From the human T2T-CHM13v2.0 reference genome, Homo sapiens, in the NCBI RefSeq assembly GCF_009914755.1, contig NC_060932.1: DNA of 64,000 nt. One strand, given 5' to 3'. Positions within the stretch are counted from its first letter, which is position 1; each line of letters opens with the position of its first letter. Positions 1 through 17,559 of this stretch are shown here, piece by piece. The translations under genes and the position numbers were made by a program. The notes under the pieces are model-generated. The model saw only the letters and a list, made by a program, of their open reading frames with translations. It did no database searches and had not been told where the DNA came from.

Positions 1-719
1 AATACTGTGTATTTTATTTATTTAAAAATAACACTTAAATTATATACTGATTTGCTAAAACTCTTCAAAAGATTTGCCAGGTTATTCATTGGCTTCGTTT
101 TTCACTCTCAAAAATTCAAATAAGGAGAGAAATAAAAAAAATTATGAGGAGCTGCTTCGTAATCCTATGAACATCCATTCTCCCAGTCCCTCTGTGTGCA
201 ATGGGCAGGGTTTCTGCCCTAAATGCCTTGGCCAGCAGCCAGTACAGAAGGCATCTTTCTCTCCCCACTCCTCAGCTGTGTGGTTCTGGTGGTTCAGATT
301 CTTAAGTTTGTCCCAACTCCGTCACCTGCCTCCTGTCTTTCCCGCCATTTCCGTGGTTCTGGCCCCATGCCTCCTGTCTAGGCAACCCCTATCTTCATTC
401 TCTCTCTGAAATCTCTCCTCCACACCAATGTCAGGGTGACCCACTTCACCCAGAGATTGCATCTTGCCATTCCTCCCCGATGCACCTTGAAACAGCCCCA
501 CCTTAACTTCAGGATCCAGTCCCTACTTCTCAACAGAGCAGATGGTCCTGTTTGCCACTTAGCGCAAGTTTTCCTTTCTGGGGTCATCTTCCAGCATGCT
601 CTTCCCAAACGACATTCCACTGACAAACAGTCTTTCCTCAACCAAACTCCAGTCAGCCTTCTCTGAGCCTTCTTTTCCATGAGTCTTCAACCCTGGCCAA
701 CGAGAACTCCAGACTCAGC

Positions 720-1375
720 ACATATGATTCCCCTTACCTCCCCACACCGAGAGACTTGAACAAACACTGACCGAGTTTCCAGCAGCTCAAGGCCTCACCC
801 CTACGATGCTGACCTCAGTCTCCTTTAAGTTCCTGCCTGAGAAAGCGCAGTGCTGCCAGGAGAAGGTACTGTTTGTTCCAGCCAAAACTTGGTGCTGGGT
901 GGATAGGACCCTGGACTTCCTTTCCGAGCAGTTCCTTTAGAAAGCTTGCAGTTGCAAATCATTTCGCTGCGCTCTGAGATATACATCCTCTATTACCCAG
1001 AACTGTCTCCTCAAGTACCCAAGAGCCATCTATTCAAATACAAACTCCAAGCCTGGTGGGTGCATTGCCCTAACAGGACTGCCTCCTGCCTCCTGTCATA
1101 AAGAAATGAGAAATTTGTTTCTGCTCCCAGCAAGTGACAAGCGCCAATGAACAAACACAGATGGCACACTCACATTTACGATCCCACTTTCCTGCTTTTT
1201 GTAAATTTCCACTTCCCTGTCTCTGGCCAAGCCCCCGGATGTTCCTCCTCCTTCCTCCCTTTTTCTCCCTTTTAAGCCCTGTCACCTCTGCACAACTTGA
1301 AGGTGGGTTCAGTTCATGCAGGGCTCTTCCCTATGGCGATACACTCAGTGCAATCTGTTTTCATTGCTTTTAACT
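720..1375 (+). mobile_element. MER34/MER39-like ERV1 LTR (old)
   Basis: cctgcctgagaaagc...gctgccaggagaa...tgtttgttccagcc recalled as this family; boundaries approximate. Confidence 0.45.
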
Positions 1376-1968
1376 AGCGCAGGGCTTTTTTTCCCTCGGA
1401 CGCTGTGCGCACTCACTTTCCTGTGGATTTCCAGACACTCCAGGGTCTTTCCATTACTTCCGCAGCTTTGCCTGAAACGTTCTAGCGCCGTCCACACCTT
1501 TTCTTCAGGTGAACCTTGCTCACCACATAGCACATCGTGCAGGTCCCCTCTGTAAACCCTTCCCTGACTTTCCCAAGCTCTGCCTCTTGTGTCCTGTAGG
1601 GTTTTGATAGCGTCACTTCTCTGATCACAGTGGCTGCATGGATTTGCTTATGTCTTTGTGGCACTGAGACATGACCCTCTCACACTGTGGTGTCTAACTC
1701 CATTTTCAGCACAGGAGGAAGCTCAATGTGTGCTGATGTGAATAAACCCATAACGGGTGAAAGAAGTGAGACGGGGTCTTATATTACATTCAGAAGTGAT
1801 CAACAGGCAGGCTTCCGCCTCTGAGCAGGAGGTGAGGACAGTTGAGTAGATCCTGAGCTAGGCCAGTCATAGTGTCACCTGTGGCTGTCTCCAGACGTGG
1901 ATTCCCAGGTTGCAGTCACACCTACTGAGACAGAATCTCTGAGGGGGAGCCTGGGAATCGCCACTTTA

Positions 1969-2637
<669 letters not shown>

Positions 2638-3039
2638 TCAGGCTTCCAAGATCACAGTCTGGGCATTTCTAACCTGCCCAGAGGCACTGGTTTCAGGTGC
2701 TGGCCACTCAGCCACATTGGATCAATGGAGTTTAGCTGGGGGTGTTGAGGAACAGTGGGAGAGGCTGCCTCACACTCTGAATGGCCCGTGCCACGGAGCC
2801 AGGGCTGCCCAGCACTGCCTGGCACAGGGAGGGGCCCAGACTCAGGTCTGGGCAGTGTGCATGGTGAAGTGCGAGGTGAGCATGTCCACCTGTCATCTCC
2901 GCCTTTTCTTCAGTTTCATGGTTGCAGCCCCACCTCAGAATGTGACTGGCAGGCACTCTTGAAATGTCAGGAGTTTAATAGGTTATCCTCGGAGTTATGT
3001 GTTATTTCACCTCTTTATGGTGATATTGGCTATCTTTAC

Positions 3040-3150
3040 CCTCCACTTCCTTCCTCTTCCCTACCTTCCTTCCTCTTCCCTACCTTCCTTTCCTTCCTTC
3101 CTTCCCTCCCTCCTTCCTTCCTTCCTTCCTCCTTTCCTTCTTTCTCTGCT
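3040..3150 (+). repeat. (CCTT)n-like pyrimidine tract
   Basis: Seen directly. Confidence 0.88.
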
Positions 3151-4994
3151 CTCTTGCCCCCGATGTCTGTTTCATTTATTGTAAATTATTTATTTATCTT
3201 TCAGAGCATCTACATCTATCTACCTGTGCCAGGCACCAGGCTCTTGGCTTTCTATCCATCACCTTATCAATCCTAGCAACAACCATTTCAGAGATGCAAA
3301 AACTGGGTGTGGGGGCAGGGGGAGCCCCGGTGACTCTCATACAGTTCAGAACCGAAGGATCCTGGTATCAAGCCTTAGCTGGTCGGGCAGCAAGGCCTAA
3401 AGCCCATGTTCCCCATCACATGCTGTAGGGATCCAAGCCCCCGGGCTAGGACTGCCCGGCCTGGATGGGTCTGTGCACAGCGAGAGAGATAAGGACACTC
3501 GTGCCACTGTGGTAGATCTCACTCCAAATGTAATGGTGTCTGATTTCTGCTTTTCCTATTTAATCGCTCTTGACTCAGTGATCTAGTGACTGTATGAGAT
3601 GGTTGGGAAGAATGAAGGATTTGCTTTCTTTCCTTCTCTAACAGCCCTCAAACTCCTGGGAGATGACACGGCAACTGACATGTGAGTGTGACAAATGCAA
3701 GCAAACAAGGTGGCAGGTGTCAAACTCCTCCTTATTGAGCTCCTGCTTATCTGGGCATTGGCAGGCGGGGTGTCCACCTATGAATAAGCCACTTCAGCAA
3801 ATTGGATGAGAAAATCAATATTCCACTTCTTTGTTCACTTGGGGATCATGTTGGTTGGGAGGCTGCTCATGCATGACCTGGGCCCTGCCACAAGTGAACC
3901 TATCTACAACACGCACGCTGTTATGCTCGGTGTTCAGATGTGGACGCTGAGGTTGGTGAGGCTCAGTAATGTGTCCAACATTGCAAGTCCTGTGAGCTCT
4001 GCCTGGCTCTATAGCCTGTGGGGTCACTGTGCTATATGGGTCCTAAAATCAGCAGGTGTCTAGGACGCTTCCCTTTCCTGGACAGGAGCTGCATCCTGCC
4101 TTTACCTTCACCCAGGTCTCTACCCTGGAATGCCTGACTCCTCCCACAGAAGTCTCTCCTTTTCATATGAATAATGGCCACAATTTATGGGTTATTTTGT
4201 GCCAGCTACTTATGTATATTATTTTATTTGGTCTTTACAGGAACCCTGAAGAGTATGTAGATCTTATTTAATCTTCACAGGAACACTGAGAGGGGGGTGA
4301 CTTATTCCTAGCGTGTGCATGAAAAAGTAGGTTCAGACAGTTTAAATTCTTGGCTGAAGCCAGCTGGTGGTAGCAGTCAGCAGAGCTGGGCTCCAGTGCA
4401 AGTTTTTTCTGACTCTAAAACCCATGCCCCACCAATGTGATTGTATTTTCTCTCCTTTGCCCATTATAATCCAGCTCAACCTCCACTGTCCTGCCAAAAG
4501 TGTCTGTGGTCATCCTGACGAGAGGTGATGCTGGCAGCTACTCCTATGAGTCCCAGACATTTTTTTCTCTCCTGGCATCTAGCTACGTTCTGTCTGATTT
4601 TGGTTATTTGGGTGTCTACTTACTTACCAAATATTATAAGTTCTTCAAATATGAAGAAATCTCTACGGGACTCAAAGCAATCTGAAGAAGTATTAGGCCA
4701 CTTTTGTGTTTCTGATACTCTCTAGGGCCATGCCTGGATCTTATTCATAAACCCCTAATAAAAATGGAGTTGATTAACAGAGACATTGAGTATATGATAT
4801 TATACAGTTGAACTGTAATGATATTCAGCAGGTGGGCTGATGTAGAGAAGACATCACCAAATATGCCTCAGTTGTTGCCACATTGAATGCAGGGCCACAG
4901 CTGGAGGTTGGGTTACTATTTTCAAAGCCTGTCATCTCTGTTCAAGACTATCATTTCTTTAAGAATTTTTCTTAAACTAAGCTATTCCTTTTCA

Positions 4995-5399
<405 letters not shown>

Positions 5400-6746
5400 T
5401 CAAAACCCAGAAGAGATTTGAGGGGGACAGAAAACCAACACAGTTTATCTTTGCATGTATTATCCCATTTTATCCTTATAAAGGGTATCTGACCTAATTT
5501 GAATATGACACAAGAAAGAGTAGCTTCAATAACACTTGCCAAATATTGTATACCTATGACCTTTTTATTCCAGAAAGTGTTTAAAGGGGCAGTTATAAAA
5601 CTGACTGCCAATTATTTTAAAATTGTTACAAGAGCAAAAAACCTCCACATGCAAAGGAAAGAACTCTATGTGGTGCAGCTTTAATTTTTATGCCCATATT
5701 TTAAGACGAATAAATCATTTTGGATTTCAAGCTGATTTTTTTTAAAAAAAGAATAACAAAATAGCTAATCTCTCTTTAGAAGCACAGTTCTTTTTTTCAA
5801 AAAAATTATCTTTTTGGCCAATAACTGTATTCAATGTTTGCTCTAGGCCCAAGGGGCAAATATTTCTTAATGTCTCCAATTCTCTTAAAACAAGAGTAAA
5901 CTGTTCCTTCTTGCAGAGTATATTCACTGATGACCAGAGATGACAGCTCTCCTCGGCAGGGACACACAGGCCCTATTCAGGGAATCTCCAGAGCCAGATA
6001 GACTCTCTGTCATTGCCATTCATATTGCGTGTGCCTAGACTGAGGGAGGAGGGAGGGCTTGGATTTAGTGGAGCTGTCCTATTTGCAACAGAGGAGATGT
6101 CCAAGATTCAGCATTCAAAGGAAATGGTGCACTTTTGGAAGCTATGTGCAGTATGACATATAGACTGTATATTTTTATATCAGGTGAGGCAAGTGGGACC
6201 TTGTACCTCCCTCCTGTTTCAGTGACAGTTTTTCTACATAAAAGATTTTGGCCTGTAACACAGAACAGTCTCCTGAGAAGTTCTCTGCTCCAGATTTAGC
6301 TGGGAGTGTTGAGGGCTGGGATGTCTAAGCTATGGCAGAGTATCTCCCAAGACAGCCAGCACGCGTTCCTTCCTGCCCTGGATGTGTACTCATCGGGAGC
6401 TGCAGTCTAGTCCTCCATGCTCTTGAATCTGGGCTGGTTGTGCTTGCTTTGACTGGCAGAATACAGCAGAAGCAATGCTGAGCCAGTTCTGAGCCTGTTT
6501 TTATAGAAGACTAGCAGTTTCCAGTTCCTTGCCATTGCAATTCTCAGCTGCTAATTCCTGTCAAGGCTCTTTATGAATCTGAACATCTGCTACCCCATTG
6601 CCATCTCTGAGGCCACCCAAGCAAGATCCATTCAGCAGAGAGCCCAGTCAGCCTTCAGGCCTGGGATTGAGGATCATATGTGGTTATTCTTGAGACCTTC
6701 ATTTCTGGGTTGATTGGTTATGCAGCAACAGATGACCAGATCATTA

Positions 6747-7037
<291 letters not shown>

Positions 7038-7768
7038 TCATGGCATTTCTTTAATGGGATGTGTAACCTCTTGTTAAAGCCTGGCTGCACAGAGAGTATT
7101 ACTAACCCACCACTTTGACCAGTAGGTAACATAACAACTCTATGTCCAAATACACCTGTCTATATTCAGGAAGAAATGGGGATATGCAGGAAATATTTCC
7201 ACTGCTCAATGTACTAAATGCTCTTCCCAGCAAATGGGCTGGACTCTTCCTTTCTACGCCCTTTAAGAAAAACGTCCCAGCTCCTGATCCTCTAAGTCCT
7301 CTGTATATAACAAAGCTGATTCTACAAGGCTCTGAACATGGTTCCACCCCAAATGTACTTTGCTGTTTTATCCATATGAAGGAGGTTTAATAAAAGAACG
7401 AAAACATCAAATGGTGTCAGGCTCTTTGATAAAGATGGATGGAAGGACAGTGCAGGCATATATGTGAAGCATTTAATTTGTGCATATGCAATTGTGGACA
7501 CTCAGCAAAGAGGAAGGGAGAGATGAAGATGGAAGGGGAGAGGTGGGGAGGGAGAGAAGGGGGTGAAGGGGAGGGGAGAAAAGGGGATAGCAGGAGGGAG
7601 AGGGAGAGGGAAACAAGAAGCAACTGAGAGAAACAGGGAGAGACATAATGAGAATGTGAATGGCCTGAAATGAGTGGGAGCTGGAGACAAATGTTGCTGG
7701 GGCCTGAGTTGTTCTCAGTTTCCACATGGCTTTGAAGGTATAAGCCTCTGGCTTTGTTAAGAATTATT

Positions 7769-8058
7769 ATTATTATTATTATTTTGAGACAGGGTCTCAC
7801 TCTGTCACCTGGACTGGAATGCAGTGATGCAATCATGACTCACTGCAGCCTCAAACTCCTGGCCTCAAGTGATGCTACCACCTCAGCCTCTTGAATAGCT
7901 GGCACTGCAACTGCATGCCACCATGCCTGGCTAATTTTTGTATTTTTTGGTAGAGATGGGTTTTTGCCTGGCTGGTCTTGAGCTCCTGGGCTCAAGCAAT
8001 CCACCCACCTCAGCTTCCCAAAGTGCTGGGACTACAGGTGTGAGACTTGTGCCCGGCC
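7769..8058 (-). mobile_element. AluJ-like element with (ATT)n tail
   Basis: Alu consensus. TSD aagaattatt at 7759 and 8059. Confidence 0.9.
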
Positions 8059-8396
8059 AAGAATTATTCTAATGATTAAAGACACAAGAAAAACATGTGC
8101 AGTGAGTTTATGGAGAGGCAGTCTTTCCAAGGCATTTTGAGGATAATTTTGATTATGGGCAATTTCTATCTTATGGGCTGACTTTAGAACATGACCCTTA
8201 AGAAAGAAGGGAGCCAACTCTCTGTAAACTCAATGCACCAGCAAAAGCCAGTTTTAAGCATCATCTGTGCCAGTGAGCTCAAGGTGCCCTAATGCTCCTA
8301 AGCAGAGGAAATCTCGAAGGGAGGGTTTTGCTAAACAGGCTCACATTCCTGTCCCCCTTCGGCAGTCAGACAGTCTGTGCTCTGTGGTGACAGTTA

Positions 8397-8651
<255 letters not shown>

Positions 8652-9279
8652 TCATTTAGAGACATACTACATGCTAAGCAATATCCTATGCCCTTACTAG
8701 TCACCTAGAGTTACTAGTTAGGCTGTTGCCAGCCTCTGACTGCAAGCAGAAGACGTCACTTCTATGTAAGTTCCCCGAGTCCTGTGGTGCTCAGCCAGGC
8801 CACACTCTCCCCACGTCTGGTACCCCAGTACCTGACCTGGGGGCTCTTTGAGCTGGAGCGGCTGCATGGCAAGGGAACCCAGACTGCCAGCTCTGTGAAG
8901 CTCGGCAATCACCCCGACCTGAGTCCCACCCCGGATCCTCTTGGGATGGGAATTCATTTATCGACAGATGTCTGTTGCAAGGTACTGTGTGTTATCATCT
9001 CTTTGAAGGACAAAAAGTAGAAAAAACCCTTGTCTTCATCCTCACAGAATGTAGAACTCTGTGCTGCGAAAACTGGGGCACATGAAGAGCAGACAGGGAA
9101 GAAGGATCTGGAGGCTTTGCTGGGGAGTGGCCAGAGGTCCAGGTGGCTGGAGCACCATGCGGAGCTTGGAGGCTGATGTGGTCCCGGTGAAGTAGATCAG
9201 GGCCCTGAACTTCAGGCTATGGGGTTTGGATTTTGCTCTGGAAAAATGAATTTGGCAGAGGTAATATGTACTGTCTGGG

Positions 9280-9602
9280 GTATGAGATGAATGTGTATGG
9301 ATTTGTGTGTCTATGTATGTGTATGTGCATGTGCGTGTATATGGGTGAACACACATGTGGTGTACATGTGCTTGTGTGTGTGTGTATGTATCTGCATGTG
9401 CATGTATGCATGTGTGTGTGCAAGTGTGCAAAACATATGCATATGTATATAGGCATTATGTGCTTGCATATATATAGTGTGTATGTTTATATATGTGTGT
9501 GCATGAAGGTATATGTGTGTATATTCATGTATGTGTGCAGTGTGTATCTGTAGTGTGTGCAGTGTGAGTGTGTGTGTGTGCACGCATGTAGTGTGGGTGT
9601 AT
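9280..9602 (+). repeat. (TG/TA)n low-complexity tract
   Basis: Seen directly. Confidence 0.9.
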
Positions 9603-11046
9603 GAACAGGGGATAGGAACATCAGGAGGAAACAGAGCTAATAGAATACTTCCAGCAGTAATTGGTGAAGGGAGTCCTAGGAATGGAAAGTAGGGAGCAGG
9701 TGCAGGAAATAGTGGAGTTGGAGATCAGGATTTGATGACTGAACAGGGGAGATGAGGGAAGTTGCAGTGGCTTTGAGGTTTCAGGCCTAAATGACTTGGA
9801 AATGGTGGTGCTACCGACGGAAATAAGCCAGGTGAGGAGTGCTGGATTGGCCACGATATGAATTTCTTCAGCAGTGAGGAATGTGAGGATGGGTGGAGCC
9901 CCCATAAGGAGAGATCTGGATGACCAGTTGTGGTTGAGGGACTGGAAGTGGCCAGAAGAGACTGTGTGAAGACAGCATAGACCAAGGACAGCACCCTGGG
10001 GACTGTTCCCACTAAGGGGCCTGGATACGAAAGGGACACCAGCAAGGGTGGGTGGAAGCCGAGAACCAGGCAGCGGAGAGAGCTGCTGATCTCTGCACTG
10101 TGGATTACAGGATGGGGTGGCCCAGGGCCACGGGGACACATCTGCTCACCCAGCCTGGGTGGTCCTCCGAGGCTCTCGGAAAAGGAATCAAGCAACAAGA
10201 AAGAAGTCAGAACATGTCCTTGCTTCAGTCTGTTTCCCATGAGCCTATGCCAGGCACCTTTACTGGAAACTTCATCTCATAAGTAGAAAGTGGCACAGAC
10301 CACCTTCCTTACAACCTGAAGATCCACATAGAACCCATGACCACGAAGCCACTCCCCACCACACCAGCGGGCTCTCAGGCTTCGAGTCTCACCTGGAGGT
10401 CAGATTTCGCCACCACCCACCAATTCCTCTCTGGGTCTACCTAGCAGCAGCAGTAAGGAGATGACCACAGCCGCCTGCACACGAGCCTGCTGCCCAGCAA
10501 ACCCACTGGATTCTGCTTCCCTGTCTTGTTCAAGTTAAGAACTAGAGGTCACTTCAATTTAGCAACTCCTGAAGCCAAGCTGGATGCATCTCGAAGGTCA
10601 CCTGCAAAACTCGCTGTAGAGACCCCTAAGGCTCTGACTGGCAGGTGACAAGCTGGACCCTGATGGGTGGCAAACATTTCTATGTCCAGAGCAGAAGATT
10701 CGGGGACTCCTCTTTGAAATGGCTTTATTCATGGTGCTGAGATCCCAGGACAGATGTCTAAGAAAAACAACTTTCCTTTTTCATGATTTGGAATCCTGGA
10801 GTGAACCCATTTCTTACTGTGTCTTGATTCCTGACATAAACTTAATGTTAAGAAAAACATATGACACTAAAAAATGTAACCATGAGGGCAGGCAGTAGTT
10901 TTCTTTTCACTCTCAAATCATTTGTTCCTGACATGGGGTAGTTTCCTCTTCTTGCTCTTCCAGAAAGCTTTGTTTGTTCAACATGCATTTTTCTTGGGCT
11001 TTGAGAGGCCCACCTGCTACAGACCACAGGCGAAGTAAGAGAAATG

Positions 11047-11320
11047 AATCCCAGCTTTTTGGGAGGCCAAGGCAGGAGGATTGCTTGAGCTTGGGAGTTT
11101 GAGACCAGCCCTGGCAACATAATGAGACTCCATGTCTACAAAACAAAACAAAAAAAAGAGCTGGGATAGTGGTGGGTGCCTGTAGTCCCAGCTACTCAGG
11201 AGGCTGAGATGGGAGGATCACTTGAGCCCAGAAGTTCAAGGCTGCAAGTGAGCCATAATTATGCCACTGCACTCCAGCCTGGGTGACAGAGGCAGAAGAC
11301 TCTCGTGAAAAAAAAGAAAA
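11047..11320 (+). mobile_element. AluJ-like element, 5'-truncated
   Basis: Alu dimer with A-rich linker and tail. Confidence 0.88.
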
Positions 11321-12738
11321 GGGGGGAAGTGAAATGAAAGATGTCTTTTAGAAACCTAAGATTCAGTGTGGAAAGAAAACATACAAATGCGAAAAGCTTC
11401 AAGAGGAAGAAATATAAGTATCAACATGAGTGGCTTGGGTAGTGGTGGAATCAGAGTCACAGGCAGAGAGAATAAGGTGGTCAGGGAATGCTTCCTGGAA
11501 GAGGAGGACAGGCAAACTCTGGACAGGTAGATGGTAGGAAGAGCCTAAAGGAGTGTCTGGGGTCAGTGGCACAGGGTACAAGGCACTGAAATGAAGGTCC
11601 ATGTCTGGGAATAGCGAATATCTGGTGCTTGGTAAGGCGGGGGCCAGGAGAGGCTGAGTTGTGGGGCTACTCTTGTAAGAAACAGAGGACCAGTGGGAAG
11701 GTGACTAGCCCGGTTTTCTGAAACGAGCTGTCTCGAACCCATTGCAGAGGGAGAAATTCAGGCTGAGACCCCTGGACAGCCACTAGGGAAGCCGGGGAGG
11801 AAGCTGAGGCGGGATGGAGAGCGTGGGGATTTGGTCACTAGGTCCTATGAGATGGTGTCCGACATCTGTCCTCACAGTCGCTGCATCATTCCAGGTCCTT
11901 ATCAGCACTTGCCTGGATTTCTGGCTGCCTGCATGGACCCCGTCCCTCCCAACTCTGTTGCATTTTATTGTCCCTGGTGCCATCTGTCTACAGGCTCATT
12001 TGCCCATATTATTCCTTTGCTCAAACCCTTCCAACAGGTCTCCAATGCCTGAGGATAAAATCCAAACTCCTTAATCCAGTAGAAAAGTTTCTTCATGGTC
12101 CAGCCCATTTATCTCCTGCCACATTCCTGCCATCTAGGAAATTCTTACCCTTTAGTCTCAAGAACCTCATCCTAATTTCCCATATACACCACTTCTGGCA
12201 CGCATCTATGTCTTTGCACCAGCGGCTGCAGCTTGCTGTGTCGGAAACGCCTGTTCCCTCCCTACATTGATGGAAATCGCAACAGCCTTCAAGCCTCACT
12301 CGAGGGATCCTGAGGCAGGACTGGGCCCTCCAGGGCTAGGGCTATATTTTATATACTTTTAAATATTAAATCTCCACCCATTTATGCTGAACCTGTCTTA
12401 CATACCTTTAGAGTTTACCTTAACTTTCCTTTTGACAACCTTGAACTTTCACTAAAGAAAAATTGCTAAACCAAGGTGCATGCTAAGGATGAGATAGGCC
12501 TTCTTCTGTCATCTCATGCTGCATTTACAAGTGGATTTGTGGGCTTAAAAAGAAAGATGAAAAAGATGTTGGTAACATACAGTATTAAAGTGTAAGTAAA
12601 AAACCTAAGTAGAAGAAAGTAATGGTCTTTGTTTAAATAAGTGGTCACCAATGTCAGGTTCTCTTGAACAGAGTCAGACTTAAAATGAACATAGTATGTA
12701 TTATTGGGAACGTTAAAAAGAATACACTTATGGCTTAA

Positions 12739-13370
<632 letters not shown>

Positions 13371-14933
13371 TCAATCCTTGCATTTTTATAAGCAACTTTG
13401 TGTTTTACTGGATTCTCAGTTAGCAGATTCTTTTGTATTTTGTGATGAGGACACTCAAAGTGACCTATTCTTAGGCAATTCAAAATTGTGCCAAACGCAA
13501 TTGTTTTGGCTCCCCCTACAGGTCCTTTTCTAGAATTGCAATTTGGAAAGCTGGATTGCCTCACTAAAAATACTGCTTCACTCAGTGTTGTCTTTGAACC
13601 CTATGTGCTAGTTTCAGGATGAGGAATGGATCCACTGCTGTCTATTTTAACTTTCAAAGCTTTCCTCTATGGAAGTAAATTTCTGTTTTTTGGTTCATGT
13701 TTAACCTGAGAAACACTGCAAATCTTGCGGCCTTTATGCTTGCACTGGCTGTTATAAACCTTAGGGCCAAATTGTGACCCGCTTCCGATAGCTGTGCATT
13801 CTGGCTCTATCTTGTTTTCTAACATTTCATCTCGATACCTGGCCTTTCTCATTTCTTTTCTTTTCTTTTTTGTTCTTTTAAGGATGTGTATTTTTAAAGT
13901 CATCTTAACTTCTTTTTCAAAACAAGAATAAATATATATGACTAATGGTTTTTCCTAATTTATAATTTTCATGTATCTCTTCACTTATCTATATGATTTC
14001 ACTAGTATATACCAGATTATTCAAGTTCGTTTTTTTATATACACCAGAAAATCATGGCATCACTTAAGAAAATTAACAGTGCATGGGAAAGACAGTGTGG
14101 GGTCCACTGTGAAATACCAGCAGCATGAATTTGGACACACCGTGGTCCCCTGGCAGCCCTCATCTCTGAGGAAGGCAGTGGATTCCATGAGGCCTGAGGG
14201 TCCACACAGCCTCAGAAGGCAGATTTGTCTAACCGTTCATTACCCAGGAAGCTTCTCTAAGTGACCACCTGGGCTTACCTCTCTCTTTGGGCTGCCAAAC
14301 ATGGGCTCATGGTAGCTGACTCACTCAACAGGCCTCTGTCCTCGAGGGCTCATGCCTTACGACTGTGATGGTCAAAGCCAAGTAAGACCCAGAGCCCTTA
14401 AGGATTGATTACTGGGCTGGGCCGATCAGGGAAGGAGACGACAATGGCAGCTAGGGCACAGGAGAGGCTCTGACCCTATGAGGCCCTCCGAAAGATCCTT
14501 CTCTGCCTTCTCCGCCATGGAAGGAAGGGCCCTGTCTTTTCAGGGGAACGGCACTGCTTGAACACCAAGGCCGAGCTTTTGGCAAAATGCCTGTGGCTGC
14601 AAATATGCTTTCGGTGCTGTTAGAGGTTTAGGGTCCAACTCTGAGGGTCCAGTGAAACTGAGAGTGGGTGCTTGAAGTCTTTCTCAGAAGCACCCTCTAC
14701 CTCCTAGCTGAGATTCTACTCTGGGCGGGACGGCACCATTCCCTGCTCACAGTGATGCTCTATGTGGGGCTCATCACTCATTTCAGTGCCTCCGGAGAAA
14801 GTCTTGGGAATAGCTTGCAGGCATAAACCCCTAGGACACACAGCAGCATTGGCCACGACCCCTTGAACACCTTTCCAACCCTCAGTGCCTATGATTTAAT
14901 GAACACTTGAGCTGCAGGGCTTCACCGCTCTGA

Positions 14934-15275
<342 letters not shown>

Positions 15276-15950
15276 CTAACAACCCAATGGAATTATGAGG
15301 CAGCAGCTGCCAGCTGAAATGTGCCCTTGATATAAACTCACTGACACATCTCTTCTCATAGCTCCTTGAATCCAGGTTCTCAAAGTAGAAAAAAATCAGC
15401 CCTCACCTGTCGTGATGGTCTATGGATCACGGATAAGCCCACCAGGCCCCAGAACTATCCCTGGCTACTTCTTTAGAGAAAAAACTAGCCCTGGCATCCA
15501 AATGACTTTTTCCTGAGACGAAGTCTTGAAGCAAATGTCAACAGGCTGGCTTCATTGTCTAGTCTGTGGTTCACTAAACTATGCCACCTTCCTGTTCTAA
15601 GGTGACAGGTGTGCAGATGGAACTGCCTTAAGTAAGTTGCTTTATATGGAACTAACGGCTCAACCAACAAATCAAAACAGCAAGACAGGGCTTCATCTGA
15701 AGACAAGAAAAAGCCTTTCGTAAGGTCACAGCTTCACAGAGAAAGAGCCCCTGAGGTTGGAGATGCTCAAAAAAGTGCAGGCTGGACCCGGGCATGCCAA
15801 TATCAGAGCAGGGGTTTGCTGTGGCCGCTTTGAACCTCTTCCCAATGCTGAACTTTTATGAGCTTGAGGACAGAATCCACATGGAGAGAAGATTCCTCTC
15901 ACTGCACTTGTGCAATTGTGCTCCAGAGGTGAAAGAGGCAGCTGTTCTTA

Positions 15951-16705
<755 letters not shown>

Positions 16706-16714
16706 ACAAAACCA

Positions 16715-16967
16715 AAGCACTTTGGGAGGCCGAGGTGGGCAGATTGCTCGACGTCAGGAGTTCAAGACCAGTCTGGGCCTCTCTACTAAAAATACAAAAA
16801 TGAGCAAGTTTGCTGGCTGCGTGCCTGTAATACCAGCTACTCGGGATGGATGAGGCACCAGAATGGCTTCAACTCAGGAGGCGGAGTTTGCAGTGAGTCG
16901 AGATTGGGCCACTGCATTCCAGCCTGGGCCACAGAGCAAGACTCTTGTCTCAAAACAAAACAAAACA
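16715..16967 (+). mobile_element. Alu, 5'-truncated with a small internal deletion
   Basis: agcactttgggaggccgagg... with a (CAAAA)n tail. Confidence 0.85.
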
Positions 16968-17559
16968 GTAACCAACCAACACAGTGTCCCCATCACCAGC
17001 AAGAGTCTCCTAGGAGCAGGCTGGGAGCCAGCAGAGCCTCTGGCAACAGGGACAGGCATTCACTAAATGACATTGTCAGGGCTTTCCAGAGCTGTTGGGC
17101 AATATACGACATGTGTGAAGCGCCTAGCATCTTGTGCATCCTCGAGAACGATGAAACCTCCTCTCTGGTTTGTTTGCTTGTTTGTTTTTGATGGTGGTTA
17201 CGCAGTGGAGAGAGAATGTGCACTCCGCAGTCAGTAACTCCGCACTACGAAACCGTTAGTCCCTGTGGGGTCACAGCTCTCTCTGTGGGGTCCCTTTTCT
17301 CCTACTTTCACATGGGGAACTCCCTGGCCTGGAACTCTGGGCCTCCCCAATACTCCTAGCACGGCCTCCTCAGGGTTGTCTGAGGCTGATCTTGGAGGCG
17401 GTGCGCTGGTAGAGGCACCGCACACAGGCATCGTTTCACACAACTGTTACTTAGGTTTTCCAATAGTAAAGTTCTAAGTGGATGAATGAACACAAGCCGC
17501 GGATTTTAGGGAAACTGGGAAAACTGCCCTGAGGTACAGCTGCAGACGCTGCAGCTCTA